From positions 32,001-96,000 of the forward strand of contig CBDANF010000003.1 of the NCBI GenBank assembly GCA_965197475.1: a stretch of 64,000 nt of DNA, read 5' to 3'. Below are positions 41,368-51,718 of the stretch, one piece after another; the first letter of the stretch is position 1, and the number at the start of each line of letters is the position of its first letter. The translations under genes and the position numbers were made by a program. A model generated the notes under the pieces. The model saw only the letters and a program-made list of their open reading frames with translations, had not been told where the DNA came from and searched no databases. The DNA is from Candidatus Poribacteria bacterium. Lineage in GTDB: Bacteria; Poribacteria; WGA-4E; WGA-3G.

Positions 41368-41910
41368 ATGGCAAATAAGTCTAAAATTATTTTCGCTGTT
41401 TTAATCGTAAGTATTCTGATTCTGAATGTTGTGCTAATTGCTATGAGTATCCCAACCGGTCAAAAAGCGGAAAAACCACGTCAACTTAAGGTTCTTCTTC
41501 AGATTATGGCTGAAGAAGACATCAAATTTGCGTTACAAAAAAATCTGGTTGATGCATTCAAGAAGATTGAGAAAATAGATCTTATATTAGTGCCAGAAAA
41601 AAAGATGGATCATGCAATATTAATTGGATGCTTAGAACCACATGTAGGTAACCCACCACAAAAAATAGGTAACCCACCACAAAAAATAGGTAATGTAGCC
41701 GCTGGGGTTCAATATATCGATTATTTCAATGACACTGTGCTTAAAGAACATGTCTATAAGGAAAAGTGGGAAGAAGTGCAGAAACTTACGCGATACATGA
41801 TTAAACGTACTTATATGAGTATACATCTATTTTCGCGGAGGGAACAGGAAAAACCAATAAAGTCTATAGTAGATAAGGCATTGAGACTTTTCTTAGAGAA
41901 GGATAAATAA
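41368..41910 (+). CDS. membrane-anchored hypothetical protein with a 21-bp in-frame tandem repeat (GNPPQKI x2)
   Basis: GGAGG RBS, N-terminal TM helix, repeat at 41645-41693. Confidence 0.65.
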   Translation: MANKSKIIFAVLIVSILILNVVLIAMSIPTGQKAEKPRQLKVLLQIMAEEDIKFALQKNLVDAFKKIEKIDLILVPEKKMDHAILIGCLEPHVGNPPQKIGNPPQKIGNVAAGVQYIDYFNDTVLKEHVYKEKWEEVQKLTRYMIKRTYMSIHLFSRREQEKPIKSIVDKALRLFLEKDK

Positions 41911-42117
41911 CTGAGGCGTGTTCATAATTGAATTCAGTTCGGATACTCCTTTCAATTAGATTGTGATTATATCACAATCTTGGTTTAGACAGTGGTCTAA
42001 ATTTCCGATGACACTACACTTCACAATCTGGAACTTACCGAGTAGAGAAGTTTCAAGAATGATTGCCTTATTTCGCTAAGAACAATATCTGAAAATATAC
42101 TATTTTGTTATCAATAA

Positions 42118-43209
42118 CAGGACTTACGCAGTTTTGAAGATTATTGAAGGATTAGAGAGTTGATGTCGTCCGTAATCATCCAATAAACTTTGTTTGAGTT
42201 CGTAAATCGTTTGAGTGATTTTCCGGGCAGCACGCTTCAAGCAGACCCAGACCTGGAAACAACACGCAATATGGTTTCGTTGGGCACGCAGTTTGCGGCA
42301 TTGACATTTGTCAATACCGGTTAATTGTTTGATTTCACGATGAAGTTGCTCAATCTTCCAGCGAACCCGACACTGTTGTTTTGTCGCTTTCGCATCCGAT
42401 TGAGATAAATCGTTTGTCACAATATATTCCGTGCGTCCTGTATCAGACACAATCCGGAACAACTTCACTTGATACCCTTTTGGAAACCTTTTGATATGCA
42501 CGCGTTTGCCTTGTGTCGTTTCTGATGGAGACCAAGATAAATCTTTTTACTTGCTGGTGCGGTTCAACACCATCCGTATCATTTACAAGCCTGTTTCGTT
42601 TCAGGGGCGCATAGTAGACCTTGGAAAGTGCCGCAATCGCTTTCATTACTTTCATGGATACATACCAAGCATCCATTAGCACTGTCCGAAACGAGAGTTG
42701 TTTCTTGAAGTAAGCATCGTGCAACATATCAAGTAAATGATCAATTTTGGATTTACCATCAGGGTCTTTGTCAAAAATGCGGTAATCAATGATCCAATAC
42801 TCGTGTGTCTTTGGGTTAACATAGACACACGTGACAATACCGATGCCTTCAATGACCTTTTTGTCGCTACCACTCCATTGAGGGTAGGCAGCTTCAATCA
42901 GTTTTGAATATATTTTTGACAGCACAACATCGTCAAAGATAAGGTATCCATCTTTATCAAACGCAATGTCGTCTTTGACAGATTCCCAGAGTTCGCTTGA
43001 AGGAATGTTTTCGTTTCTCAGGAAACGATTGAGTTGATCATGGCTCCACTTCTCCGTATGGTTTGCAAAATAGGTTTGTGTAAAATTAGTGAAACTCGCT
43101 AACAAAAATTGACAATAATCAGAAAATAAGTGGTGCTTCTTTTTAGAAAGTGTAAATGTAGTCATAATAGAACAGTATAACATAATTGTAGATTATTGCG
43201 TAAGTCCTG
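42118..43209 (-). mobile_element. IS701-family element
   Basis: TIR CAGGACTTACGCA / TGCGTAAGTCCTG; 5-bp TSD AATAA. Confidence 0.9.
42124..43165 (-). pseudogene. IS701 DDE transposase, frameshifted near 42540
   Basis: LIFDD, VLMDAWY and RWKIEQLHREIKQ are split across two frames. Confidence 0.85.
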
Positions 43210-43325
43210 AATAATTATGAACACGCCTGATTTACATTTAAAAACTTAGTGATTCACCCACTAATATCCCTAATAGCTGAATTTGATATTGCCGACTCGG
43301 CATAAATATGGTATCCTTAAGAAAC

Positions 43326-43824
43326 GCTTGAGTTGAGTAGATGGTCGCGTCCCATATTGGGATGAGGAAAGTCCGGACTCCGCAGGGCAGGGTGCTGGGT
43401 AATCCCCAGGAGCGGCAACGTTATGGAAAGTGCAACAGAAAGCAGACTACAACGTATTATAGTAGATTTTAGAATTACTTGGACATTGTTATCGGTCCAG
43501 TTGGGAAACAGTTCCTACCGCATATTTTGTAGCACAAACTTTTAGTTTGTGTCGTCCTTGCGCAAACTGAAAGTGGACGCTACAGCAGTGTCCAGATAAT
43601 TACAGATTTTACTATAAACGTTGTACAGGTGAAACGGTGCGGTAAAAGCGCACCAGTCCATAAGGCGACTTATGGAGCTTGTAAACCCCATCTGGAGCAA
43701 GGTAAAATTGGGGACATTTAAGGGTGCCCGCCTCGTCCCCGGGTAACCGCTTGAGGTTAATGGCAACATTGATCCCAGATGAATGATCATCATATACAGA
43801 ATCCGGCTTATTCTCAACTCAAGC
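43326..43824 (+). ncRNA. rnpB: RNase P RNA (type A) with greatly extended P12
   Basis: GAGGAAAGTCCGGACT, GAAAGTGCAACAGAAA, GGTGAAACGG, ACAGAATCCGGCTTA; P1 GCTTGAGTTGAG/CTCAACTCAAGC. Upstream TTGCCG-17-TATCCT. Confidence 0.96.
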
Positions 43825-43908
43825 TTATCTATGGATACGTAAATATAAGGTATTAGTGGATGATACGGTGCGGTTTCCTAACCACACCTAATAAAGAATT
43901 ATTCAATA

Positions 43909-46362
43909 TTGTTTATGATTCAACAAAAATTGAAATATGCCATTTTGCGTAAGAAATCAGTCATTTTTTACGGATATGCATCATTATTCCTTTTTCTGAT
44001 TTTGTTATTAGTGTTTGTTTCGTTGACACCCAGTATCGGTGAAAACGGTACTCCGGACTTTGCAAAAGAAGGTGTCCCATTCTTAGAACAGTACTGCTTC
44101 GGCTGCCATGCTGGTGATCAACCCAATGCGAACCTTGCCCTTGACGCATTTAAAGACAACTTATCGTTGATCAAAAATCATGATGTCTGGGAGAGAGTCT
44201 TAGACATGCTAACAACAAACCAAATGCCGCCAGTGGATAGTGATCAACCACCGCTTAAAGAATTAGAAGCTTTTATCCAGCACGTTGAAGCAATTTTTGA
44301 GGACGCAAGTCGAACGACTAAACCAGACCCAGGTCGCATAACTGTCCGCAGACTCAACAGAGTTGAATATAGAAACAGCGTTCGAGATTTACTGGATGTT
44401 GATTTTGATCCCACTGAAAATTTTCCCGCAGACGATGTCGGTCACGGGTTTGATAATATCGGTGATGTGTTAACGATGTCACCATTGCTGATGGAACGGT
44501 ATCTTGAAGCAGCTGAGGCGATCGCAACCCGTGTCATTATAGTGAATCCACCGTTCCCATCCAAGCACTACCAAAACGTTACACGACTTGATCCACGGCA
44601 CAAAAATGTCCCTGATAAACGTTTTCGTTTACTTGATCCAACCGCAACAGAAGCGTGGGTGTCTGGTCCCTTTACGACAGACGCATCGTCTCTCAAATTC
44701 CTTGCAGATGCGGAAACATATTTCCGTGCCACGCTTTATGCCGAAACTGAAAGTGAAACTCCTGTTCAGGTCGCACTATTCATTCAAGGCAAGAATCTGG
44801 AACATGTGTCACCGCAAGAAGAACTTGCAAGGTTAGTCGGTTATGATCCTACTACAAAGAACAGAATCCAGATTCTCCAGATCTTTGAAATTACTGCCCG
44901 TGATCCGAAGAAGTTTCAAACAATTAGACATCTCGTTAGTCGTGTAGCAAATATTGATAATGCAGGAATTGCAATGGTAAAACCTGAAGATGGCGAACTA
45001 CAAGCAAGACTTCAAATTCGTTCCATCACGTCGGTAGGACCGTTGGAGACCAGACCAAAATCGCAACTCAAAATATTAGCCTGCACACCGGACATCCCCC
45101 AAGCAGAACAGACTCGTGAAGTCTTGACGCGTCTGCTGCGCAAAGCGTATCGCCGGACACCAACTGTAGAAGAAATTGAACAACTTGCCCAGTTTGTTGA
45201 ATCTGTTCAAGCGGATGGTGCTAAATGGGAAGCAGGTATTCAGCAGGCAATTAAAGTTATCCTTTGCTCACCCAAATTCCTATTTCGACTGGAGTTAGAT
45301 GACCGCCCACAAACCGAAGATGTTCGTCCAATAGATGAGTTTCAACTCGCGTCAAGGCTTTCCTACTTCTTGTGGAGCAGCATCCCAGACGACGAACTCC
45401 TTGAGCTGGCAGAGAAAAACCAGTTGACCGCATCGCTTGAGGCACAAGTGCAGCGGATGCTCGCGCATCCAAAAGCAACGGAATTGGCAAGTAACTTTGG
45501 TGTGCAATGGTTGCAAATCCAACGGTTAGAAACCGTTACACCTGATCCAGAACGTTTCCCAACTTTCAATCCCAAACTGCGCGCTGCGATGTTGAAGGAA
45601 ACTGAAATGTTTCTGGAATCAATTTTTCGTGAAGATCGGAGCATCTTTGATTTACTGGATGCGGACTACACCTTTCTCAATCAACGTTTGGCAGGACATT
45701 ACGGTATTTGGAAAAATGCGCAAGGAAAGCCGATTAAAGGGGATGCTTTTCAGCGCGTCGCGTTGCAAAATCCCACACGCGGCGGTATCCTAACCCACGC
45801 GAGTGTGCTGACGGTAACTTCAAATCCTACCCGCACCTCACCTGTCAAAAGAGGACGTTGGGTTTTAGAGCAGATACTCGGTTCACCTCCTCCGCCACCT
45901 CCGCCAGATGTTCCTGAATTGGAAGAAGATCACGATGCAATTACCGGAACCACCCTGCGAGAACGGCTTGAACAACACCGAGAAGACCCTGCTTGTGCCA
46001 ACTGCCACGCCAAAATGGACCCTATCGGATTTGCACTTGAAAACTATAATGCAATCGGTGCGTTTCGGAAGAAAGATGGTGAGTTAGAGATTGATGCTAC
46101 AGGACAACTACCAGATGGAACTTCATTTAAGGGTATAGCGGATCTAAAACAGATCCTCAAGAACAGAAAAGAACAGTTTGCACGATGTATAGCAGAGAAA
46201 ATGCTGACCTTTGCTTTAGGTAGGGGGTTAGAATATTACGACAAATCAACCGTTGATCGAATTGTTTCTCAACTTGAAACTAATGATTACAGAAGTTCTG
46301 TGCTGATTACAGAAATTGTCAAAAGTGACCCTTTCCGATTACGACGCGGTAAAAAGGAGTAA
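43909..46362 (+). CDS. planctomycete-type cytochrome c / DUF1587-1592-1595-1588-1585 protein
   Basis: CFGCH, RRLNRVEY, LASRLSYFLWSS, TSPVKRG, CANCH, ALGRGL. Confidence 0.88.
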   Translation: MFMIQQKLKYAILRKKSVIFYGYASLFLFLILLLVFVSLTPSIGENGTPDFAKEGVPFLEQYCFGCHAGDQPNANLALDAFKDNLSLIKNHDVWERVLDMLTTNQMPPVDSDQPPLKELEAFIQHVEAIFEDASRTTKPDPGRITVRRLNRVEYRNSVRDLLDVDFDPTENFPADDVGHGFDNIGDVLTMSPLLMERYLEAAEAIATRVIIVNPPFPSKHYQNVTRLDPRHKNVPDKRFRLLDPTATEAWVSGPFTTDASSLKFLADAETYFRATLYAETESETPVQVALFIQGKNLEHVSPQEELARLVGYDPTTKNRIQILQIFEITARDPKKFQTIRHLVSRVANIDNAGIAMVKPEDGELQARLQIRSITSVGPLETRPKSQLKILACTPDIPQAEQTREVLTRLLRKAYRRTPTVEEIEQLAQFVESVQADGAKWEAGIQQAIKVILCSPKFLFRLELDDRPQTEDVRPIDEFQLASRLSYFLWSSIPDDELLELAEKNQLTASLEAQVQRMLAHPKATELASNFGVQWLQIQRLETVTPDPERFPTFNPKLRAAMLKETEMFLESIFREDRSIFDLLDADYTFLNQRLAGHYGIWKNAQGKPIKGDAFQRVALQNPTRGGILTHASVLTVTSNPTRTSPVKRGRWVLEQILGSPPPPPPPDVPELEEDHDAITGTTLRERLEQHREDPACANCHAKMDPIGFALENYNAIGAFRKKDGELEIDATGQLPDGTSFKGIADLKQILKNRKEQFARCIAEKMLTFALGRGLEYYDKSTVDRIVSQLETNDYRSSVLITEIVKSDPFRLRRGKKE

Positions 46363-46365
46363 CTC

Positions 46366-47418
46366 ATGAAAAGAATTATTAAAATCGTTCTTTTTACCAT
46401 CACTGTTTTTCAAATAGGTTGTTATACACAATATTTTCAAACACATTTTAAAGCGCGAAAAGATGACCCTATTTTTCAACTTGAACAACAATATTCTATC
46501 AGTTTAGATTCTACGTGGACGACAAAATACACAAAGAAACTTCTAAAAATCCTTGAATCCATATCGCCAGAACTCAATGGGCAACCTTCTGTATGGAAAA
46601 TAAGTAATGAAGAGTTACAAAATGATATTAAGATTGAAACTCGAAATAGTTTGAGGTTTGTTACTATTAGTAGAGATGTATTTCCGATTGAGGGAGCTAA
46701 AGATATATCAGCACCAGACAAACGGTTTTTTCTTGCTGTTGTTCAATTTATCACAGAAGATGGAACAAATAGAGAGACAATAAAACAGATATTGCAAGAA
46801 AGGTATGGTATCAGTATAGATATAACTTCTGATGTATTAAATCATATTTTAAAACCCGCCTATGCTGCATACAAAAGAACACCAGTGAACCTATCTGATA
46901 TTGAAAACAAAAACCTAATGATTTTTATAGCAATACTTGAGGAATTCCCCCAAGCACTACATAAAATACCCCAATTAAAGTATATGGTTTGTAGATCCGA
47001 GATAGGAGACGGAGCAGCAGCGAAAGCATGGACCAGCTCTTCTTTTATTGAGTTTGAGGGGTCTTTTCTTGATGGTAATGGTTTCAAGAATATTTGTAAA
47101 ACGCTGGCACATGAAAAGTCACATTTTTTGTGGGCACATCTTTTTCCCGACCAACTTAAACAGGATTGGATAAAACTTGGAGGTTGGTATAAAAATCCAG
47201 AGAGTGAGTCAGGATGGTCAACAAATAAAAAGCGAAAAGAATTTGTAACAGATTACGCTTACAAAAAGAATCCGAATGAAGATATGGCGGAAAGTCTCGC
47301 ACATTATCTTGTGAAACCAGATAGACTTCGCGCCTGTTGCCTTGCTAAATACGACTTTATCCATGAGCGGATTATGCTTACGTACGGTGCACGCTATATG
47401 TCGCCAGATCGTATGTGA
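46366..47418 (+). CDS. putative lipoprotein zinc metallopeptidase (copy 1)
   Basis: QIGC lipobox-like, LAHEKSH (HExxH), DYAYKKNPNEDMAES. Confidence 0.7.
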   Translation: MKRIIKIVLFTITVFQIGCYTQYFQTHFKARKDDPIFQLEQQYSISLDSTWTTKYTKKLLKILESISPELNGQPSVWKISNEELQNDIKIETRNSLRFVTISRDVFPIEGAKDISAPDKRFFLAVVQFITEDGTNRETIKQILQERYGISIDITSDVLNHILKPAYAAYKRTPVNLSDIENKNLMIFIAILEEFPQALHKIPQLKYMVCRSEIGDGAAAKAWTSSSFIEFEGSFLDGNGFKNICKTLAHEKSHFLWAHLFPDQLKQDWIKLGGWYKNPESESGWSTNKKRKEFVTDYAYKKNPNEDMAESLAHYLVKPDRLRACCLAKYDFIHERIMLTYGARYMSPDRM

Positions 47419-47654
47419 ATTAACTTGACAAACACCGGCGTATTCTCAAGAACAAAAAAGAACAGTTTGCACGATGCATAACAGAGAAAATGCTGACCTT
47501 TGCTTTAGGTAGGGGGTTAGAATATTACGACAAATCAACCGTTAATCGGATTGTTTCTCAACTTGAAGCGAATGATTATAGAAGTTCTGTGCTGATTACA
47601 GAAATTGTCAAAAGTGACCCCTTCAGGTTACGACGCGGTAAAAAGGAGTAACTC

Positions 47655-48692
47655 ATGAAAAGAATTATTAAAATCGTTCTTTTTACCATCACTGTTTTTC
47701 AAATAGGTTGTTATACACAATATTTTCAAACACATTTTAAAGCGCGAAAAGATGACCCTATTTTTCAACTTGAACAACAATATTCTATCAGTTTAGATTC
47801 TACGTGGACGACAAAACACACAAAGAAACTTCTAAAAATCCTTGGGTCCATATCTCAAGAACTCAATGGACAAGCCTCTGTATGGAAAATAAGTAATGAA
47901 GAGTTACAAAATGATATTAAGATTGAATCTCGAAATAGTTTGAAGTTTGTTACTATCAGTAGAGATGTTTTTCCAATTGAGGGAGCTAAAGGGATAGCTG
48001 CACCGGACAAACGTCTATATTATGCGATTGTTGAATTTATAACTGAGAACGGCACGAATAGATCGGTAATAAAACTGATATTGCAAGAACGGTACGGCAT
48101 TAGCGTAGATATACCGTCTTATGGTACACTAACCCAAAATACCGCAAAAGAATCAGCATCCCACTATTCGGATTTTGAAAACGAAGATCTGATGATTTTT
48201 ATATCAATATTTGAGGAATTCCCGCAAGCACTACATAAAGTCCCCCACTTAAAATATATCATACGTAGAATTGATGATAAGATTAGGGCACCGGGCGTAG
48301 CATGGACGACCAACGGTTATATTGAGTTCGCTGAATTTCTTTTTGGTCGTAAGAATGTAGATGATACGCGTCGTTTAATTGCGCACGAAAAAGCACATTT
48401 TTTATGGTCTCATCTTTTTCCCAATCAGCTTAAACAGGATTGGATGGCACTTGGCGGATGGTATGAGGATCCGAAGAATGCGGAGGGATGGTCAACAAAA
48501 AAAGACCGAAAAGAATTTATAACAGATTACGCATACCAAAAGAATCCAAACGAGGATATGGCGGAAAGTCTCGCATATTATCTTGTGTATCCAGATAAAC
48601 TTCGTTCCCAGTGTCCTGCCAAATACGACTTTATTCATGAGCGGATTATGCTTACGTACGGTGCACGCTATATGTCGCCAGATCGTATGTGA
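47655..48692 (+). CDS. putative lipoprotein zinc metallopeptidase (copy 2)
   Basis: IAHEKAH, DYAYQKNPNEDMAES; N- and C-termini identical to copy 1. Confidence 0.7.
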   Translation: MKRIIKIVLFTITVFQIGCYTQYFQTHFKARKDDPIFQLEQQYSISLDSTWTTKHTKKLLKILGSISQELNGQASVWKISNEELQNDIKIESRNSLKFVTISRDVFPIEGAKGIAAPDKRLYYAIVEFITENGTNRSVIKLILQERYGISVDIPSYGTLTQNTAKESASHYSDFENEDLMIFISIFEEFPQALHKVPHLKYIIRRIDDKIRAPGVAWTTNGYIEFAEFLFGRKNVDDTRRLIAHEKAHFLWSHLFPNQLKQDWMALGGWYEDPKNAEGWSTKKDRKEFITDYAYQKNPNEDMAESLAYYLVYPDKLRSQCPAKYDFIHERIMLTYGARYMSPDRM

Positions 48693-48751
48693 ATTAACTT
48701 GACAAAAACACTGAGGTGCGGTATACTAAACATCAACAATGGGAGATGGTC

Positions 48752-49774
48752 ATGAGTACTTCAAAACAACTTTCACGTCGAACGTTTTACGTAGTCTGAG
48801 TCTTCGTGCTGCCCTGCCATAGTTAGGTGCTATGGGTTCTTTGACAAGTTGGGCAGACACATCCGCAGACGACAAAACCATTAAACGTTACCCTGATCCA
48901 GCGATTGAAGTCGTTGACCCGCGTTTCGCAAAATACAAAATTGGAAATGCTGTTGTGGAACGGTTGTGGATAGGCGCGCGTTGGTCAGAGGGACCTGTTT
49001 GGTTCGACGATGGTGGTTATCTCCTCTGGAGTGATATTCCGAACAACCGTATGCTGAAATGGCAGGAAGCCACCGTCTAACTATACCAACGGTCATACCC
49101 GTGACAGGCAAGGTAGGCTTATCAGTTGCGAACACGGCACACGGCGCGTCACACGAACCGAATATGACGGAACGATTACTGTGTTGATAGATAACTTTGA
49201 GGGAAAACGGTTCAACGCCCCGAACGATGTAGTAGTTCATCCCGATGGACATATTTGGTTTACCGATCCTGGATACGGTATCATGTTCAATTACGAAGGA
49301 CATAAAGCTGAATTTGAATTGCCTACTTCCGTCTATCGTCTCAATCCAGATACAGGGAAAGCCACAGTCGTAACGAGTGAACCGGAAAAACCGAACGGGC
49401 TATGCTTTTCGCCTAACTACGATAAACTTTATGTTGCTGACACAGGAACACCAAAAAACATCGTTGTCTTTGATGTCGTAGACGGTGAGCGGTTAGGCAA
49501 AAAACAGGTGTTCCATAAGACAGCACCCGGCAACGCTGATGGACTTCGGTGTGATATTGATGGGAATCTGTGGGCTGGTGCAGGTTGGGTCGGTGAAGGC
49601 TACGATGGCGTGCATATCTTCGCACCGGACGGCACGCTTATCGGGAAGATTCATCTCCCAGAAATTTGTGCCAATATCTGCTTCGGCGGCGTTAAAAGAA
49701 ATAGGCTCTTTATGACAGCGAGCCAATCTCTCTACTCGGTTTATGTTGAAGCACAAGGGGCACTGCTTTTTTAA
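48752..49774 (+). pseudogene. SMP-30/gluconolactonase pseudogene with a Tat leader
   Basis: WSEGPVW, SDIPNNR, NAPND, PNGLCFSP and DGLRCD are spread over several frames. The leader has a frameshift and a stop, and there is a deletion at about 49075. Confidence 0.85.
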
Positions 49775-49906
49775 ATCAAAGTAAGTTCTGTATTAAATTA
49801 CTATAATTTTATTATGTAGTACCAAAAATTGGGTAATTCCTTAAGAAAGAGAATTCCTCTAAAGCACAACCGATGGTTTAGGGGGATATCTCTATCAATA
49901 TAATAT

Positions 49907-50905
49907 ATGCAAATGGACAAAAAACGTGCTAATGGATGCTACTACACCCGTGGCAATCCTTTTCTTTTAGAACCCTTCCTGAGATGGGCAAAAGAATTAA
50001 ATTTAGAACAACAGATCATATTAGAACCTTTTGCGGGGGCCAAAGACATTCCCCAATTGATTGACTCAACGCATTTGAAGTGTCAAGATTGGGCATTTTG
50101 CGACATTGAGCCAGGAGCAAAAGGAATTGTGCAGCGCGACACGCTCGCGGACTTTCCAAAAGGATATGATGTTTGCATTACCAATCCGCCGTGGTTAGCC
50201 CGAAACTCCGCAACGCGCCGAGGTTTGCCATTTCCAGAAGCGACTCACTACGATGATCTTTACAAATATGCACTTGAGCAATGCTTGACAAATTGTAAAT
50301 GGGTCGCAGCAATCATCCCTGAGGCGTTTATTCGGAGTGGATTATTTCTGCAACGGTTATGTGATTTTATCTCTTTAGTTCCGCAAACACAAAATGAGAC
50401 AACAAAGCAAGATAATAAAACTATGAACACAAGTTATATGTTTGAAGACACTGAACATCCAGTAGGTCTTGCCCTGTTTGCTCCGAACGCGACATCAGAT
50501 GTTAAAGTGTGGCGTAACAACCAATCCCTCGGTAAATTTAGTGAACTACAGAGACATCTGCCGCCCCTGTCTCGTAATCGTAGTATTGTTTTTAATGACC
50601 CGAAAGGGAATTTAGGACTTATCGCTATTGATAACACCGTTTCTGCCTCTATCCGTTTCTGTCCACCAACAGAATTAGGTGAGTATAGCGTGCATAATCA
50701 ATGCCGTTCGATTACGAAAATCGGAGTACCATGGGATGTGGATATAGATACACTCAATGCAAATCTAATGGATATTCGTAAGAATACACATGATGTTTTT
50801 TTGACTGCGTTCAAGGGATTACGCCGCGATGGATACTATCGACGCCGATTGGATTGGGCATTGGCAAGATCAATCGTTGATGTAGAAAATTTACTATTCA
50901 AATGA
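49907..50905 (+). CDS. amino-DNA methyltransferase (motif I before IV; NPPW)
   Basis: YYT, LEPFAG, ITNPPW, DDLYK. Confidence 0.75.
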   Translation: MQMDKKRANGCYYTRGNPFLLEPFLRWAKELNLEQQIILEPFAGAKDIPQLIDSTHLKCQDWAFCDIEPGAKGIVQRDTLADFPKGYDVCITNPPWLARNSATRRGLPFPEATHYDDLYKYALEQCLTNCKWVAAIIPEAFIRSGLFLQRLCDFISLVPQTQNETTKQDNKTMNTSYMFEDTEHPVGLALFAPNATSDVKVWRNNQSLGKFSELQRHLPPLSRNRSIVFNDPKGNLGLIAIDNTVSASIRFCPPTELGEYSVHNQCRSITKIGVPWDVDIDTLNANLMDIRKNTHDVFLTAFKGLRRDGYYRRRLDWALARSIVDVENLLFK

Positions 50906-50919
50906 AAATGGAGTAGAAG

Positions 50920-51597
50920 ATGGACATTCCTCCGCCAGACTATGACAGAGTAGAAAGAGAATTATGGAAGAAACACGGAACTGAAGTTAGAGATCTATTG
51001 AAAAATAAAGACTCTGGTCTATTACGTCGTATTCGCACATTCTGCAAGCGATTCGACTTTGATGAAATAGAAGTTTGCGATAAAATAATAGATGATTTTA
51101 TGTTTGCTTGTTGTTTTGCAAAAGACGCGAAAAAAACTGGTTTTGAAGAGAAAGAAGCAGAAAAATACTTGCGAATGTTCCCTGATTTAATTCGATTTTT
51201 CAAAACGTTGCCAAAAAGTGGAAAGAATGCTAAATATATTGACGAAAAAGGCAACATAATTACTGGGAAAAAACCGACAGGAATTAAGTCACTAGACTTT
51301 ACGTGGATGGTAGGTAATACTCACATTAAGTGCTTTGCTGCTCACAAGGTTACACGTGAGCCAGGAGGGGCTCAAGACCATCAACGCGACGAACTTATCA
51401 GACTCTTACAAAGGTTTCAACACTGCAATAACAAAAAAATAGTTTTCTTTGCAATATGTGATGGGCCGTATTATGATGAGCGGACTTTATCAATGTTGCG
51501 AGTGCATGTACGAAATGAACATCCGTACAGTTTTGCTTGTTCTATTGGTGATGTTACTAAAAATGTTGAGAAACTTCTAAAGGATTCGGAAAAGTGA
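50920..51597 (+). CDS. putative cognate restriction endonuclease (PD-(D/E)xK-like)
   Basis: KSLDF...HKVT..GGAQDHQ...ICDGPYY; AT-rich and directly downstream of the MTase. Confidence 0.6.
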   Translation: MDIPPPDYDRVERELWKKHGTEVRDLLKNKDSGLLRRIRTFCKRFDFDEIEVCDKIIDDFMFACCFAKDAKKTGFEEKEAEKYLRMFPDLIRFFKTLPKSGKNAKYIDEKGNIITGKKPTGIKSLDFTWMVGNTHIKCFAAHKVTREPGGAQDHQRDELIRLLQRFQHCNNKKIVFFAICDGPYYDERTLSMLRVHVRNEHPYSFACSIGDVTKNVEKLLKDSEK

Positions 51598-51718
51598 GAA
51601 ACAGAATTTAAAGTCTTTGTGGTTAGACAGTCAAATCATCAGGAAAAAGAGGCGGTTAGTGGACAAGAAAGTCCACATAGTCTGTTTCCATGATTCAAAG
51701 GAGTAATAAAAAACAGTT

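Larger units (their letters stand above)
41915..43227. mobile_element. about 216-bp MITE (IS5-like ends) interrupted by IS701
   Basis: TIR GGCGTGTTCATAATT / AATTATGAACACGCC with a TGA direct repeat on both sides. Confidence 0.8.
46156..48706 (+). repeat. imperfect tandem duplication of about 1.28 kb
   Basis: Units 46156-47432 and 47445-48706 each carry the last ~200 nt of the DUF1592 gene plus the downstream gene. Confidence 0.9.

Noticed and set aside
43542-43817. 91-aa minus-strand ORF
   Set aside because: Antisense shadow of rnpB.
46366-48692. Diversity-generating retroelement TR/VR pair
   Set aside because: No reverse transcriptase; the differences include indels and are not adenine-specific.
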